A DNA stretch of 55,156 bases, counting the filler, from Bipalium vagum (lineage: Eukaryota): assembly GCA_037834085.1 (NCBI GenBank). It is 3 parts of 3 records of this genome, joined end to end, with 100 filler letters (N's around TTAATTAATTAA, not from the genome) between each part and the next. Parts side by side here need not be neighbours in the genome. Positions count along the whole stretch, not along the records: positions 1 to 17,597 come from JBBMKC010059711.1; positions 17,698 to 34,909 come from JBBMKC010074296.1; 1 more part is not named here. One strand, 5' to 3'. The position numbers and the translations under genes were made by a program. The notes below the pieces were generated by a model. The model searched no databases. It had not been told where the DNA came from and saw only the letters and a program-made list of their open reading frames with translations. How positions within the stretch are numbered: position 1 is the stretch's first letter; each line of letters starts with the position of its first letter. This document shows positions 15,501-29,700 of this stretch, one piece after another.

Positions 15501-17063
15501 GAGAAATGGAAAAACAAAAACTATCTAAGGTCTAACTTAAAAATTTTTATTGGTTTTTTTAAAAATGAAATCCATAAACTGGAATAATTCAAGTTCAAAC
15601 ATGAAACTTAAATTAGAGACTGAAGAGTTCAATCGATCATCAAAACCATATAAAAGATTTTAAAATACTATTTATATTGATAACCCGATTTAAAAGTTAT
15701 TTTTGAAATAAATAAACTCGGACAAGCCTAACAAAAAGAAATCTTGATGGGTATTGGAAACAGAAGTCGTCTCACGAAAATTCCATGACTATAACTTATT
15801 GCTTTTATTTATTATTATAACACTGAATGAAAGTTACTTAGAATTGATAAACATCGATAAATGTATTTTAAAAATTTATTTTATTGATCTTAAAGTAAAT
15901 TTAAAATTAAAATTTATTTGAAATCAAAAAACTTTGATAAGGTTTATCTGAAAAATTACATATACCATAGAGAAGTTAATAGAAATTCAGCAAAGACGTT
16001 TGATTTTAACTTGTATTGATTATTATAACCGTGAATCATTATTTAAAATCAACAAAAATAACAAGCTTCACTCAAAAAGCCAATTTCTAATATTGAATGT
16101 GGATCAATACTCATTACAAGAAAACTGAGAACTGAATGATTTTTACATTTAATTTTGATAAAATTTTATTTAACTTTGCGTAAAACAGGATAGATTTAGA
16201 TTATATTTTTAAAAAATAAATAGACTAAAAATGAAATAAATTCTAAGAAATTTGTAATGGTTCCAATAATATTTTTAATTTTGTTCCACTGACAATATAT
16301 TAAATAAAATTTTTCGATTACTTTAAAAAAACATTTTAAATCGATAAAATTAACTTTACATTCATATTCCATTTTTCCCTGATCTGCTTCGCAAGTAAAT
16401 AGATTTTGGTGATCTTGGGCCGTTAAATTCATGTCATAATATGTCAGTGGGTCTTTTCCAGTTTCCTTCGTTAATCTAAGATATTCAGATCCTCTAAACA
16501 AGCTATATGGATTTCTCCATAGCTTACAATCTAATAAACATTGCATTAATTACAATTAAACATGATTTTCCAACCTTGAATGCAATTTTGATTATTGTTT
16601 ATATCTTGGTTATCACTTTCGCTTTCTTCTTCACCATTGCCCAAATATGGGGAAATGTGATTTAATGATATTTGTTCAATAAACGATGTACCATACTTTT
16701 TAAAATACCACCATTCAAAGATCTAATAATAGAGAAATATTTATGTTATTTCAGTGAAATTAAAATAAAAATTATTAATACTAAAATTAGTCCAGAAATT
16801 AAAGAACTTGTACCCGTTAAAGCTACATAAAACTTTGGTGTCAGTGTATTAAGAAACATATTTGCTGAAAAAGCATTAAAATTAAAAAAAAATATTTAAA
16901 AAAATATTTTGTTACCGTAAGCAAAATTAAAGTTTAAGCCTAATGGTCCACGTAAAAAATATATCAAACAAATGCACAATATAAACCACAAAATCCAACA
17001 GCAGCGCCAAGACCAAGATAACCAATTTTTTAATTTATCTATAACACCAGGACAAATGTTCAT
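3544..17063 (-). CDS. ST7: Suppression of tumorigenicity 7 (ST7) homolog, 3'-partial (9 exons in window)
   Basis: Exons 17063-16916, 16864-16782, 16722-16575, 16530-16360, 7521-7388, 5262-5065, 5015-4901, 3769-3697, 3646-3544, all GT-AG and phase-compatible. Translation includes [150 protein letters not shown], all ST7 signatures. Remaining exons not found in 1-3543. Confidence 0.95.
6296..6335. repeat. Perfect 40-bp palindrome in ST7 intron 5
   Basis: AAAAAATATTGACCAGAAAT|ATTTCTGGTCAATATTTTTT equals its own reverse complement. Confidence 0.9.
10963..12281 (-). mobile_element. Full-length (~1.32 kb) defective mariner, mellifera-subfamily-like, in ST7 intron 4
   Basis: TIRs TTGGGTTGGAAATTAAGTCCGTTTGGTTTTT and revcomp TTGAGTTGGCAATTAAATCCGTTCGGTTTTT, TA on both sides. 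Frameshifted transposase 12055-~11038: [71 protein letters not shown] (D34D). Confidence 0.93.
14400..15680 (+). mobile_element. Possible highly decayed Penelope-like retroelement
   Basis: Weak ordered motifs: VSLNVKRL (~VSLDVxSLF, RT, 14741), SISERTQ (~15100), MDFDKI*TMA...ILE (~15397-15465, GIY-YIG tail), then a hammerhead-like CTGAAGA at 15620. No intact ORF. Confidence 0.3.
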
Positions 17064-17597
17064 AATTTAAAAAGCATCCGTGCAATACAATTTAACGAAT
17101 GCTTTATTTATGTTTATAAAATATAGTATTATACGGCAATTTCGTATGATTAAATTAGAAAATATAAACAAACGTGTTTTAACACAAAGTGTTAAATTAA
17201 ATTTGCAATTCACGAAGTTTTGATTTTGCAATTAAAAAACATTTTTTTATGCTGTTTTCATTAATATAATACCCATTGATAGTAAAACATCTTAATATTA
17301 ATTTTCAATGCTAAACTATTTTTTGACAATTTCCAAAATCAGTGAATAAAGTGCTACTAGACTCGTTCATTTCTAAATTCTTACTTTCTAAATTACTGAA
17401 AAGAGATATGCTCAGAATATATCTGTGCGAAAACCTAATTGGAATCTTAGTTTCTTACCATTTTGAAAAATTTCCTATAAAATAGGAAAATTGTGAAGAA
17501 ATCAATATGAGAAATAATTCTGTTAAGTTTTGTGAGAGTGAGGATGTGTACAACTTATCTTAATCTGACTCCTTAAGGTAGTGTACCGATCACAAAT

Positions 17598-17697
17598 NNN
17601 NNNNNNNNNNNNNNNNNNNNNNNNNNNNNNNNNNNNNNNNNTTAATTAATTAANNNNNNNNNNNNNNNNNNNNNNNNNNNNNNNNNNNNNNNNNNNN
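17598..17697. other. Assembly gap with artificial TTAATTAATTAA spacer
   Basis: 44 N + TTAATTAATTAA (17642-17653; stops in all six frames) + 44 N. Confidence 0.95.
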
Positions 17698-17749
17698 TAA
17701 ACACAAAATGTTTTCATTAAAAGTCAAATCACAATTTTAAAAGTTTTTT

Positions 17750-19260
17750 ATCTTCTTTTTCTGGAGTCTCCACACTGGTTTCATGTAAGAAGAGTTTAAA
17801 TTTTTACATTTTTCAGTATAACCGATATTTCTTTTTAACAGATACTTTTTTGTAAGGATAATTTTTTAAAAATATTATAAAAAACTTTACTAATCAACAT
17901 ATTTATTTTTTAAAAATAAACTCAGTTATTTTTCGCTGCTTGGATTTTTCTTGAGTAAAATTTTCTCCAAATCTAATTCAATTGCTATTAAACTTTCTTT
18001 GAAATGGTCAGTTTTATCATGATTTGAATAAAAAAAGAACTACTTGTTGCATGTACTCAAATGCTTTATAAATGTTGGGAAGGTTGTTATCTGGCGTATC
18101 AAATAGTGAAAAATTTAATTCTACTTCCTATTCATTGATATTTTCTGTTACTAAATTTTCTTTGGCATTAACAAAATCAATAAACGAGTACTGCTTTTCA
18201 AAATATTTCTCTATATCAGATGAAAATTTTTCATTTATTGCCATTGTCGCCGAAACCAGCATGCCTATAACAATCTTTATGGTATTACAGCTAACTTTTG
18301 ACCAAGCCATTTTAACCATGCTAATTGCATCAGGAATACTTACTTTAAATTTTCTTCTGGATAGGAATCATAAAAATGAATCATTTTTGTAACAATTCCT
18401 TTTTTATAATACTACTTAAGAGCATTGATAACTTACTTGTAGTATTTGGAGGCTTAGAAATCAAATCAATATTTGTTAAAGATATTCATAAAAATATTCA
18501 TTCATTTTTAAGCTACAACGCCAGCAATTCATTATTTACATCACCGGCTTTTCCAGGAATCGATTCGTCGCCAAGAGAATGGCGAGTTTTAAAACGTTGG
18601 ATCCAAGTCATTGTACAAGTAAAATCTTGAATCTTTAGGTATTTGGCAATTTGATCAGCTTTTTCAATAAGTTATACACTGTTAATTGGTATCTTGTTAG
18701 ATCGTTACAGTAAATACCAATCCCTTAACTGAATATCTAAATCAACAAAAAAGATTGTTTCGGTTTCTTGGTTGATGAAGGCCTGGAACTGTAGGCCTCG
18801 AGTATTTTTTGATATTAAATGTTTGATGAAAGAGATATTTTATATTTTCTAGCAATGTTGCTTGACTTTCTCCTTGCTCAAAAATGCTATGATTTCAAAT
18901 TTTTGTTTGAGTGTTAAAATTATCCTGGAACCTGATTTCATTATGGCCTAAAATTTTAAAGTAAAATAATATTTTCAATTAATCAAATAACCTTTAATCA
19001 GGTTACTTTTTAATCAATTACCTTTTTAAAACAAAAATAATTAATTTATATGTTTACTGTCTAAAATAAACTGTATTTTGAAAAAAATAAAACCAAAATA
19101 AAAAATGTTTATTTTCATAAAACATATTCTTTTTAACCGATAATCGGGTAAAGAGAACTTTTACACTGAAAATTTGGGGAAAACGCCATTTTGAACCATA
19201 AAGTTCTCTTAACCCGATTTTGTTCTCTTTAAGCAAGTTCTCTATAAGCGAAATATACTG
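17750..19260 (-). mobile_element. Decayed Tigger/pogo DNA transposon (CENP-B-like transposase)
   Basis: 5' end TA|CAGTATATTTCGCTTATAGAGAAC at 19260 with subterminal inverted repeats (19142-19160 vs 19201-19219). Transposase from ATG 18941: MKSGSRIILTLKQKFEII, DIQLRDWYL, LIEKADQIAKYL, WIQRFKTRH, MVKMAWSKVSCNTIK; frameshifts and deletion. Confidence 0.85.
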
Positions 19261-20580
19261 TAAAATAAAAATTGCTTTTTACAATAAATAAATAAATGGA
19301 AAAATATTTATTACTATGGAAACAAAAAATTAATTCTAGTTCTTTTATTTATTACTCGATAAATTGATTATATTACTTGTGTGGTATTTTCAGAATTTAT
19401 GTAATATAAAATCATAAATAATATTGAAAATAAAATTTATTATTTTTATCTAATTCACAGTATCAGAATATCAATATTTACCCAGTGATAATTCTCAATG
19501 TTAACAAATTTTATCAAATTATAAAATTAATTAATTTCAGTTAATAAAGTACTCATTAATTTATTTTTAGAATTTTTATTTTTAGATTTATCTAGCAGTA
19601 GGCACAGAAATATGACCACCTATTCTTGAGTGAAAGATGATTTGCTTAGAATTCGTCATCAAATATTAAATTAAATTTAACTAATTTTTAATATTAACAA
19701 ATCCAAATAAAATCCAAAATAAAAAGCTATGCTCATCGCTCATATTTTAATAGCGATAGATTTTTAATATATACTTGGGGTCAAAAGTAATTAATAACTA
19801 GTAATTAAAACAATACATCCGAAATTAATAACATGTATACACACCATGAACTAGAATGCAGTCATGAATGAGTGTAGGTAGCATGGTCTATTAGGTTCCA
19901 TTGCTCCTCGAGACGATTTTGAAGATCATGATTATTTATATTGAGATTTTCGTATTTATTTTCGTACAGAAGTATTTGCATTATTATTATGTTTTACACT
20001 ACTATGAAAACTCTGTAACGCTTAACTCTTGATTTTACTGACTCACATCTGTTAATAATGTGTTTGAGCGTAATTGAATCAAAATAATCACAATAAATCA
20101 AACAATATTACATAATCGAAACAAATTTCCAAAAGAAGACAAGTGTTAAAAAGGATCACAGTAAAAAAATCGATCACAACTTTAACCATAATAAATCAAG
20201 TGTTACCAAAAATGAACTAAATAATCAATAAATAAGACACTTCTACAGCAACGATCGCAAAAAATTCAATCAATCAAAATGTTAATTAATGATTAATTTA
20301 AAACAAGAAAAAAGAACTGTTCAATCCGTTGCCGACTATGGGTCCTTGGGTTAGAGTTATGATTTTCGAATTGAGTTTGTTTAAATTTATTTGAACCATT
20401 CCTTTCGTTTTCTTTTTGATTCCTACACAAAGCATGAATGACTTAAATTAAAGTATTTTAAAGTTAACGGTTATTCTAAAAAAGGTTATATTTTAAAATA
20501 TTACAGTTTTATGTTGAATATCTTTTACGGTATCACATTTAAAAATCGGAAACTTACTTCCCAAACACCTTGTATATAAC

Positions 20581-21110
20581 TGTCAGGTTGACCCAAGACA
20601 CAAACCTCGTTGATAAAAAAAAATAATAATAATAAACAAAAGACTTGGTTTCAATAATAGGAGAATAATAATAGCCACAAGTCTCGGCGTCGAGGGTATG
20701 GGATGTATTAATTATTATTTATTTTTGATAAGTAAGCTCCGCCGTGGGAGCAATTGATTTCTTTGTCTATGGAAATGGGCTATTGATGGAAATAGTCGTC
20801 ACGAAGCGTAGGGATATCTAAAGAGACGACTATTTCCAGAAATTTTCCCAAAAATGAATTTCAAAACGAATTTCAGAACGACGATTTCATAAGATTTGAT
20901 GCGATTTTCCATAGGACCCAAGGACAATTCAAAGATTCCCAGATTCATTTTTGTAGATATGCTATCGCAAGAGGATTTACCAAGGGGACTCATCGACTTT
21001 AGGAATCCATAGGTGACCCGCAAAGGACCTAGAGGACGACCCGGGTGAGATCGTTTTATTTTGTTTACCCTCGAACTCTTTCTATTTTTGATTATTCTTC
21101 TCGTTCTTTT
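20581..21110 (+). repeat. Non-coding GC-enriched repeat, LTR-like (copy A)
   Basis: Shares ordered blocks with the reverse complement of 46140-46560, including exact 17-mer CTAGAGGACGACCCGGG (21029-21045), GCAAGAGGATT and GACAATTCAAAG; TGTCAGG at 20581 may be the LTR start. Boundaries approximate. Confidence 0.55.
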
Positions 21111-21699
21111 CTTTAAACCTATTTGATTAGATTAATATTATTATTCATTTTTTGTGTTCATTATTACTTTAACCGTTGACTCGATTTTGATTATTTGAAG
21201 TTGAAGTCATTTTGTTTTGAGTGATTATTGGACACATTTTTGGATGATTTACGAGTATTGTAGCGAATTTTGTTGGTGAATCAGACTTTTGTTAAATTTA
21301 TAAAAAATTTTTATTGAGTGTTTTGATTCAGTTTTTAGGATGCGGATAAAGTATTATTATTGGGGGTTTTGATTCACATAGAGATAGGGTAAAGTTTTAT
21401 TGTGTAGTTTTGATTCAGTTTGCGAAGAGAATTACGAGCACATCGCTTAGGGAGGAGTTACTGGTAGACGAGCAAAAGTTACTTCAATAAGGTATAATAG
21501 TAACATAACAGATTTCGCTGTTTTGCATTAAATTCTTCTAATAATGACTTTGTTAATGAGCAATTATTTTCAAAATGAATTGTAAGTACACCTTTGCTAA
21601 TCTTGTTTAATATTTTTCTTAATATTTGAGTGTTTTTAATAAATAAATATTTATTACATTGTTGTCAAGGATTAAAGGTTGGTATTAGGTTCTATTTGA

Positions 21700-22800
21700 T
21701 GTTAATAGTTTGAATTAGTTATAATATTTAGACAAACTTTTTAGAACTCTGCTGATGAAAGATTGGGTAAGACAAGCACTAAATCAGAATTACATTTGAA
21801 TAGCTGAAACAAAATCTAAGGAGGATTATTTGTATTTTGCTTTGTTTTTGACAGAGATTACATATTGTGTCTCAGTCTATAATATTTATAAGCTTAAATT
21901 ATATATGTGTTATGGACAATGATTATTCTTATTTAGTTCTTTAAGGAAATAGAATTCCTAACTCATAAATGTTTATAAACCTATTTTATATTATTATAGC
22001 AAGAAAGATATTAATTTAGTTTGACTTGTTGACAAGGCAATAGAGAAACTTCTCTGAATTTATCAACAGCCAATTATACCATAAACCGAGTGCTATTAAA
22101 GCCATTGATAACAAAAAACCAACTGCGAAACAGAAACTGATGATTTTCTGAGAAACATTTTTTATATTGATTTTTACTTTTTTCGAAGAAAATATTTTTT
22201 TTAACCAATGAAATAATCATCAAATCTTAGATGTGAAATTAATTTTATTTAATTCATTTATTTATCAAAGTGTTAATTATGTTAAACAAGTTCACTTAAG
22301 ATCTCAACCCACTAATTTGAACAGTGAGTGCTTATTAGGTAAAGAACCACAAATAAATATAATGAGTTGGAATATTTTTAGGAAATTAAGTAATATGGAA
22401 CTAGTTGGTTGCCAGAACGAGTTGAATTCTGCGAATAACAGCAATTTGATAGTTGTGAAAGGCTCAGAAATTTGGCAGTGTATCAATATCGTAAAGTCTA
22501 CATCAGTTGACGAAATCACATCTGATTTTTTTGGATAATTAGATATGCAAATGTCAGTTTAGTTATTGATTTAAACAAACTTAGTCGAAGGAAAAGACTG
22601 CAGAATATAGTCCGGATGGGAACATGATGATTCTGAAGGACTACAGAAAGCTTTAGAGATTTTAATGACTAATTTTAAGGCCTTAGTTGAAAAAGTTTGT
22701 ACGGAAATATTTTATGGCTGATAACATGGATGTTTAATGTATTACGCTGGCACTACCTAACCTATCTTTTGTTTTTATTTAATATACGCTGATATAAGCT
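21700..22800 (+). mobile_element. Possible non-LTR (LINE) endonuclease remnant
   Basis: Fragments such as YI*IAETK (~21792-21815, ~I.I.ETW) and IWQCINI..DFFG*LD (~GDFN); very degraded. Confidence 0.25.
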
Positions 22801-23762
22801 CTGGACCTTTTTGATATATCTTAAAATTAAATCTGAACTGAATCATGATACACGTTCCGCATTATTTTTAGTGATGATAGTACCTTTAAATTAAATTTTA
22901 AAACCAGATTCAGTAACAAAATCTAATTTATCGATTAATAAAACATCTCTAAAATAATTTAATTGATCTAAAACATGACTCCTAATTAGATTATTTTATG
23001 ATTTTCACTGGGAAAACAAAACTGTATAGATTTCAAATGTTTTCCATATTTTGACATGTGTATAGTATTATTTTTCAAGACAAATTACAAGCCTGCCCCA
23101 CTGTTTTAAGATTATGATAGAAATCGATCAATCATCTTCAACCATCCAATTAAAAATAAATAAAATATTGTCACAATCACAGTTTTAAATATGAAAAACC
23201 CGAAAGTTAAAACTGGATAAAAAAAGAGCCGATCTATGAAGACCGAAGAAAATTGACAATCAATATTTACATAAGTCGATCATAAGCTGTAAAAACATTT
23301 CATATGTAAATAAATATAAAAGAAATCCCGGTTTGTTAATTAACAGAAAATTTGAAAAAAAATTGAATTGCGATACCATTTTTATTTATTCAACAAATTT
23401 CACACAGTTTTCAATGGCTTACAAAATATGTATTCCATCATCACCACCATCTTCAACATCATCAGCTCAAGTCCAACATAGCGCGTGTACGAAAAAATAT
23501 TTGAAACAAAGAAGACTACTTAATTACGACTAGTTTCAATGTAAATGCAACGAGGAAATAAATGAAAAAATATTTGGAGAAAATTGAAAAACTTAATTAT
23601 TTCTGGCTGAACATGATTTTTGGTATACGTTGTGGTAATTCACGAATTGCAATTCTCGCAAAAATAAAATTAACATTTGACAATACACATACTATTGATA
23701 AATGTTAACAATACAAAAATAATTAAAATTTATGAAAATTCAGGTAAATGATAATATGGGTT

Positions 23763-26700
23763 TTAGTAATAATACTGTACTGGACATCTTTTTAAATAAA
23801 GTAGTTCGTCTGATAAGTTTCCAGCAACGCACTCAGGTACGATACATTTGCCGCTTACGATACAATTGTAACTGAAAAGGATAATGAAATCAATGAAACA
23901 CTTTCTCGGTTTTAAAAAATCAATAGATTTGAAAATCAGATAAAATTCAATATTTTTATTAGATTTGATAAGTGTTTTGAAACCCAATAATTTTTGATTC
24001 ACTTTATCGATAAAATAATTTACTTTTAATATCCTTCTTTTTGAAGTTTGCAGATGTAAATTAACGACGCAAAAATATAAAATTTCAGATAAATATCACA
24101 GACTTCATTGTTTGGTTAAATTAAATTAACTTTTAAATTTTAAATCTTTTTATTAAAAGATCGATAATTAAGTGAACAAATTTTACAATTACTTGCTTCT
24201 GTTGAACACGTTTTTATCGAAATTTGATTTACCGAAGCATTTTGATGTATTACCTTTTTTAAAAAATTATCTTCTTTTTAAAAATTGTTTTAATTAATTT
24301 ATCTTTAATTTTTAAAAGATATAATACCTCCAAACCTTAAAAAGTTTACCTGTTATTTTACAATAACTAAGAAAATTTTTCTTTTTCAAATATATCAGCA
24401 ATGATATAACATTAATAGAAACCACTCATGTTTAATATTTACAGCCGCTTCTCCAGATGCTTGTTGATAGTAAAAGATTTCGTGCTGAAAACAGAAGTAC
24501 TTGTTTTTTGATTGATCAAAATTCGACTTGTGATACAGCTCACAATTTATCAAGGCTGCTGTACATAGATTTTTGGCATCATTTACTTAAAGAAAGAAAA
24601 GCTCCGATTTCATTAACGTTTATTTTGGAGATTGACCCAGTTGGTTCGTAACAGTGATCATTGGAATTATACTGTCCTTAGAATCATTTAACTTTTGAAA
24701 ATTTTTTTTACCAACAAATGGATGAGGATTATCCATTTGAATGAAAATATTTTTGAACCAATGTATCTTGTTAGAAACTTTAGGAAAAATTTCATCTCAT
24801 ATGAGTTCATAAAAGATGGCAGAAGTAAGAATGTGGTTCTTCGAAGATCAATAGGCTTAGTGATCTACTTGAATCCTCCAAATGCCGATCAGATCGTTGA
24901 AACTATTTTCCGAGTTAAGTTTGGTAATAGCAATTACTATCATTATCTTCTGGATATTAGGTTTGCTTACTTTAGGTAATTTCTTCCTTAGGTTATTATC
25001 ATGATATTTTCACGATTGAAGGAACACAACTGAAAAACTTTTTCATCAATATCCACACAATTGTCTCATGTATTATAACTGTAGTGTCAGTAAAACTTCT
25101 ACGTTTCAGCCTCTTGATTATCCGACAGAAGCATACATATTCTTCGAGGTACAAGTCTGAATTTTTCATATTTAATAAATTTTTCGACACTAGTTGTTTG
25201 AATGACAGTCTCCTGTGAAATTTCACAGATGCTAGTGGAGCGACCTTAACGAATGACATTTGATACTACTGCCACCCGTTCTTTTTAGTTTTCAATCCAA
25301 GGCCTTTGACAGCCTTGTTTTCTTGTAGATTTCCAAATAAATAAATTTTAAAAGAAAAGTTGAGCTCAATTACAATTCAAATAGCAAACACAAAATGTTA
25401 AAACGCTCATTTCCTACTTAAAAACCTAATAGTTTCGAAGATAAGATATTTTTTAACAAGACATTGGATCACGATTTGGATCGGATATCACTTATATCAG
25501 TTCATGACGTAATTAGAAATGTTCAATTAAATAAATGTCGGTTTAAATATATCACATTACGAAAATAATTTATCTGTAAATAATATAATAATCAAGGAAA
25601 CAGTAATAATGACCAAAGAAATATTCAGTAATAATTTTCTCCAGTGTATTCTAATTGACAAGAAGATTAGAAAATAATCATTTCATTTCAAAAAACTTTT
25701 TATTTTTTTGTTTTAAAAACATATTTTTATTATTCGAGTTAAGATTTGTATCTACATAAATTGCAGGAATAACGTAATTTAAAGAAACTTTTTAAAATGT
25801 AACATAAATATTTAATTGTAAACTTTTACATACTCTGCAGTATTAAATGCTTTACGACCATTTAGTATCATGTTACATTCCTTTTCACGACCTTTTTCAC
25901 ATTCGCAATCACATGAATTTTGTTTTTTGATCAATCGAAAATTAGAAATGCATTTTTTGTCGGAACATCTAAAAATTAAAATTAAAATTAAAAAAAAGAA
26001 AAAATACACATCATACTAATGATTAAAGATCTCTTTATTATTATTGATTTAAGAAAACCAGATATTTATATTAACAGGTGAATATAAAAGTCAATGGATT
26101 GTCAGTACACTGCCAAATTAATTTAATAAAATCATTTTAATTAAAACAAGAGGTTTATTAATATAACTAAAATTTAATATAAAATATGGTTGAAATGCAG
26201 TATAGTCTGCACTTGACTACCTTCTGTTTAAATAATATTTTGGTTGTGTAATGTTTTGAAAATTTCCTTTTAAACAAAATACACTAGACAATTGCTTTCG
26301 TCGAAATAAACAAATATTAATAGTTGGTATATTTATCATCTAAAATTATTATTAATCATAATTATTATAAAATGCTAATTTGGTCAAACTCCATTTATAA
26401 AACAAAATTATCTTTAAAAATTTATTTATTTCAAATTTATGCTCTTACTTAAAAATCAATCACGTTAACAATTAATTATTGATTTTACTGAATTATTAAA
26501 ATTATGTAAAACCATCATAATTCCTCTTAGTTTATAATTAATCTTATATTTCTATAATATTTTCATATCATAAAATAGAAAATTATCAGGTATTACTTGA
26601 TTTTATTTTAATCATTTAAGATAATTTTAAAGATTTAGTTTATTTAGGATATAATTTAAACAAATTTCGCTCAATAGGTGCAGACTATACTGCAAAGCTG

Positions 26701-29700
26701 CAAAAATATTACTAATTAATGAAGACCTGGGTAAGGTTCGAAACTTATTTCCCAAAGATTCATGTTTAAATAGACTTTGTAGTGAATTAGTATCAGTTGT
26801 TAATTTGAAGAGTAAATTATTATTGTTCACAAGATTAAAATTATAATACTTTACTTATATTGGTGATTTCACTGCATAAATAATTGCTTATTGAAAGAAA
26901 AGTTATATATGAAATAATATTTAAAGACTTACAATTTTAAAAAGTAAAGTTACAAAAGTAAAAAAAACAAAAATATTACAGAAAATTTTTTTTATAATAA
27001 ACGGATATTTTATGAATATTTAAGATGGAATATCAAAAATAATATTAAAATATCATTTCATTTTTAAATAAATAATAAATATAATATAATTTTTAATGAA
27101 TTTTGAATAATATATGGGCTTGTAATTAAAGAATTAAACATAAAATATTTTAAACTTAAAATTGTTATTCCAATGATAGAATAATAAATTCTATTGCTCA
27201 AATTAATCAAAATAACATCTGATTAAAACATCTAAATGAAGTGGAAAATAATGTGGAAGTATTTTTCATTCTAAAATTTATCTCAAGGCAAGTGTGTCTC
27301 TAAAATTTTAAAATTATTAATAAATCTTCTCGGTCTAAATTTGTATTCGTCCATTCTGAACATGTATCTGCTCCATGTAACTGCCATTTGTAATCAGACA
27401 TTTTTCATATGAAGCATTCTTTAAAATCGAACAGAAATGAAATGGAAATAGGTTTGAAATTCAAAGAGAAAAGATAAAATAAGTATATCTTGTTAGTGTT
27501 CCACCACTATAGCCCTAATATCCGTTTAAGTAGGTAATCATTTAATAATGATCTAATCCATAATTTAATATTTTTCTCCAAAGGCCGCTAAGAAAATGAG
27601 AACAGTTTTTAAGGGAAATGGCTATAATTCAGACTTATTAGCAGGTGACTTACCACAGAAAAAATCAAAAGCAAACGATCACAAATTGTGTAAAACTGGA
27701 AATAATTTTTGAACCATTTGATACTGCCAATACCAATATAACAGACATCACACAATTTTGTTGCAAACATATAACGATCAAGACCAAACTCTGACACAGA
27801 TAATATGAAGTTTACTTTCGATATAGTGTGACCTATTTTTATTTGAACTTTAAAAAGGTTGGTAGTAGTTATTAGAATTGAAACGCTTCGATCATCCACA
27901 TTACTTGCAAGACGACTTCATTTTAAATTTTTGATTTTCCAGCAAGATCAAATGTAGTTTTTCATTTGACACAGACTCTTAAAGTCTATCCTTTCAAAAA
28001 CAGTTCATTAAAAATGAATGACATTAATGACATTCCTTTAATAGTGTAAAATTGGAAACACGTTTATTTGTTTAATTAAAAAATTGGAGATCCTAAATAA
28101 ATAAAGTCCAAAATTTTAAATAGAAAACTTTGATAGGGACATTAAATAAATTGTAACTAAGATTTTATCTCCTTATTAATTAACTCTAAATTGACCGGAT
28201 AATTATAATTAAAATGATAATGGACGCTTATTATCTAAAATGAAATAGAAAAGAGTCGGATGATTATTGTTGTAAAAATTTTAAAACCAACTTTACAAAA
28301 TCATTGAACTTAAATATAAATTGATAATCTGCGTTACACAGTAAAAGAAACGAGATTTTAAAATAAAACGTTTTTTACTAAATTTGAAGTCAATTTTCAT
28401 GATATATAGTTTAAATCTTCTCAACATAATAAACGCTTTTCATCAATTGAAAACAAACTTTGTTTAAATGAACTTTGTTACTATTATGTATATAAACGAG
28501 ACGGGTACACTTCAAACAATAGTTTCTCTAAAGAAGAAAAAATATATAGGTGGCTTAATAAAAGGATGAATTCACAGAGAATGGTCATTATATATAGTAT
28601 AATCAGACTATAAGGAGATAGATAAGGAACTGGATATTATAAAGGGAAAATTAACTAGGAATGCATATCAATATTTTCAAAAATTAAACTGTTATCATTT
28701 ACTATACTGCAAGCTAATATCGTATAACAATTTAAATGTCATGGATGTAGGGGAGACACAGCGTCACCTTTGAACAAGTATTAGTGAAGATTCACAATTG
28801 AGAGGAACCACTAAAGTTTAAGACTATTCAATGAATTGTGATTTGAGAAAAGGTTGAGTTTGTACAGAAGAATTCGGAGAAAATATGAACAATTTTGATA
28901 ATAACAATGAGCGAAGTATATTTGAATCATTACAGATAAAAGAGCGGCAACCAGAGAATAATATTCAAATAGGACAAAGTAGAAACAATCGATGGATTGT
29001 CAATGTATTACTACCATTGTAAATATTTGTTTATTTAATAAAATGCTCAAAACGGACAGTCATTTCTGAACAGAGGTAATATCTAATAAATTAAAAATAT
29101 TATTTAAAAAAGAATAATAATAATAACCAAAGAGAATTTAATGAAAGAATTTATTAAAAATTAATCGATCATTTAATGGATTAAAATGTGTAATATTAAA
29201 TACATGGTGTTTCATTGAAAACCGAACTCTACCAAAAAAGAAGAAAATAGGATTAAATTAATTTATTAATTATACAACTAATACCAAAAACATAGGTTAA
29301 GTGTTACAGTAAATGCTGAAAGTGGCAAGCATTTTCACGCAGACACAACTGAATTCTTTGTGCATATGAATAAAAACTTTTCCTAAAGTTTCGTCAGTTA
29401 TTGATGCAAAGTCTGTGGTTTCTTAGAAATAAATTTTTCCTTAAGAACACCGAACAAGAAGTAATCAGATGGTGTTAGATCTGGTGATCTGGTCGGCCAC
29501 AGATTTTTAGGAATAAATCGGTCTTTGAAGACATGTTGGATGCTTTGACATGTTGGATGGTACGTAGCTGAATCCTGTTAAAACCAACAAAATGCTCGTT
29601 CGAAATCAGTTCGTTGTTTTACAAATTCATCGAAAATGATGAGATAGCGTTCACTGTTCAATGACTCCTTATAGAGAATAGTACCAATTTTTCTGCGACG

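Noticed and set aside
149-15734. Shared 14-mer GACAAGCCTAACAA at 149-162 and 15721-15734
   Set aside because: No extension of similarity in the flanks; chance or unresolvable old repeat.
17642-17653. TTAATTAATTAA as a biological motif
   Set aside because: Centred in N-runs twice identically; assembly linker.
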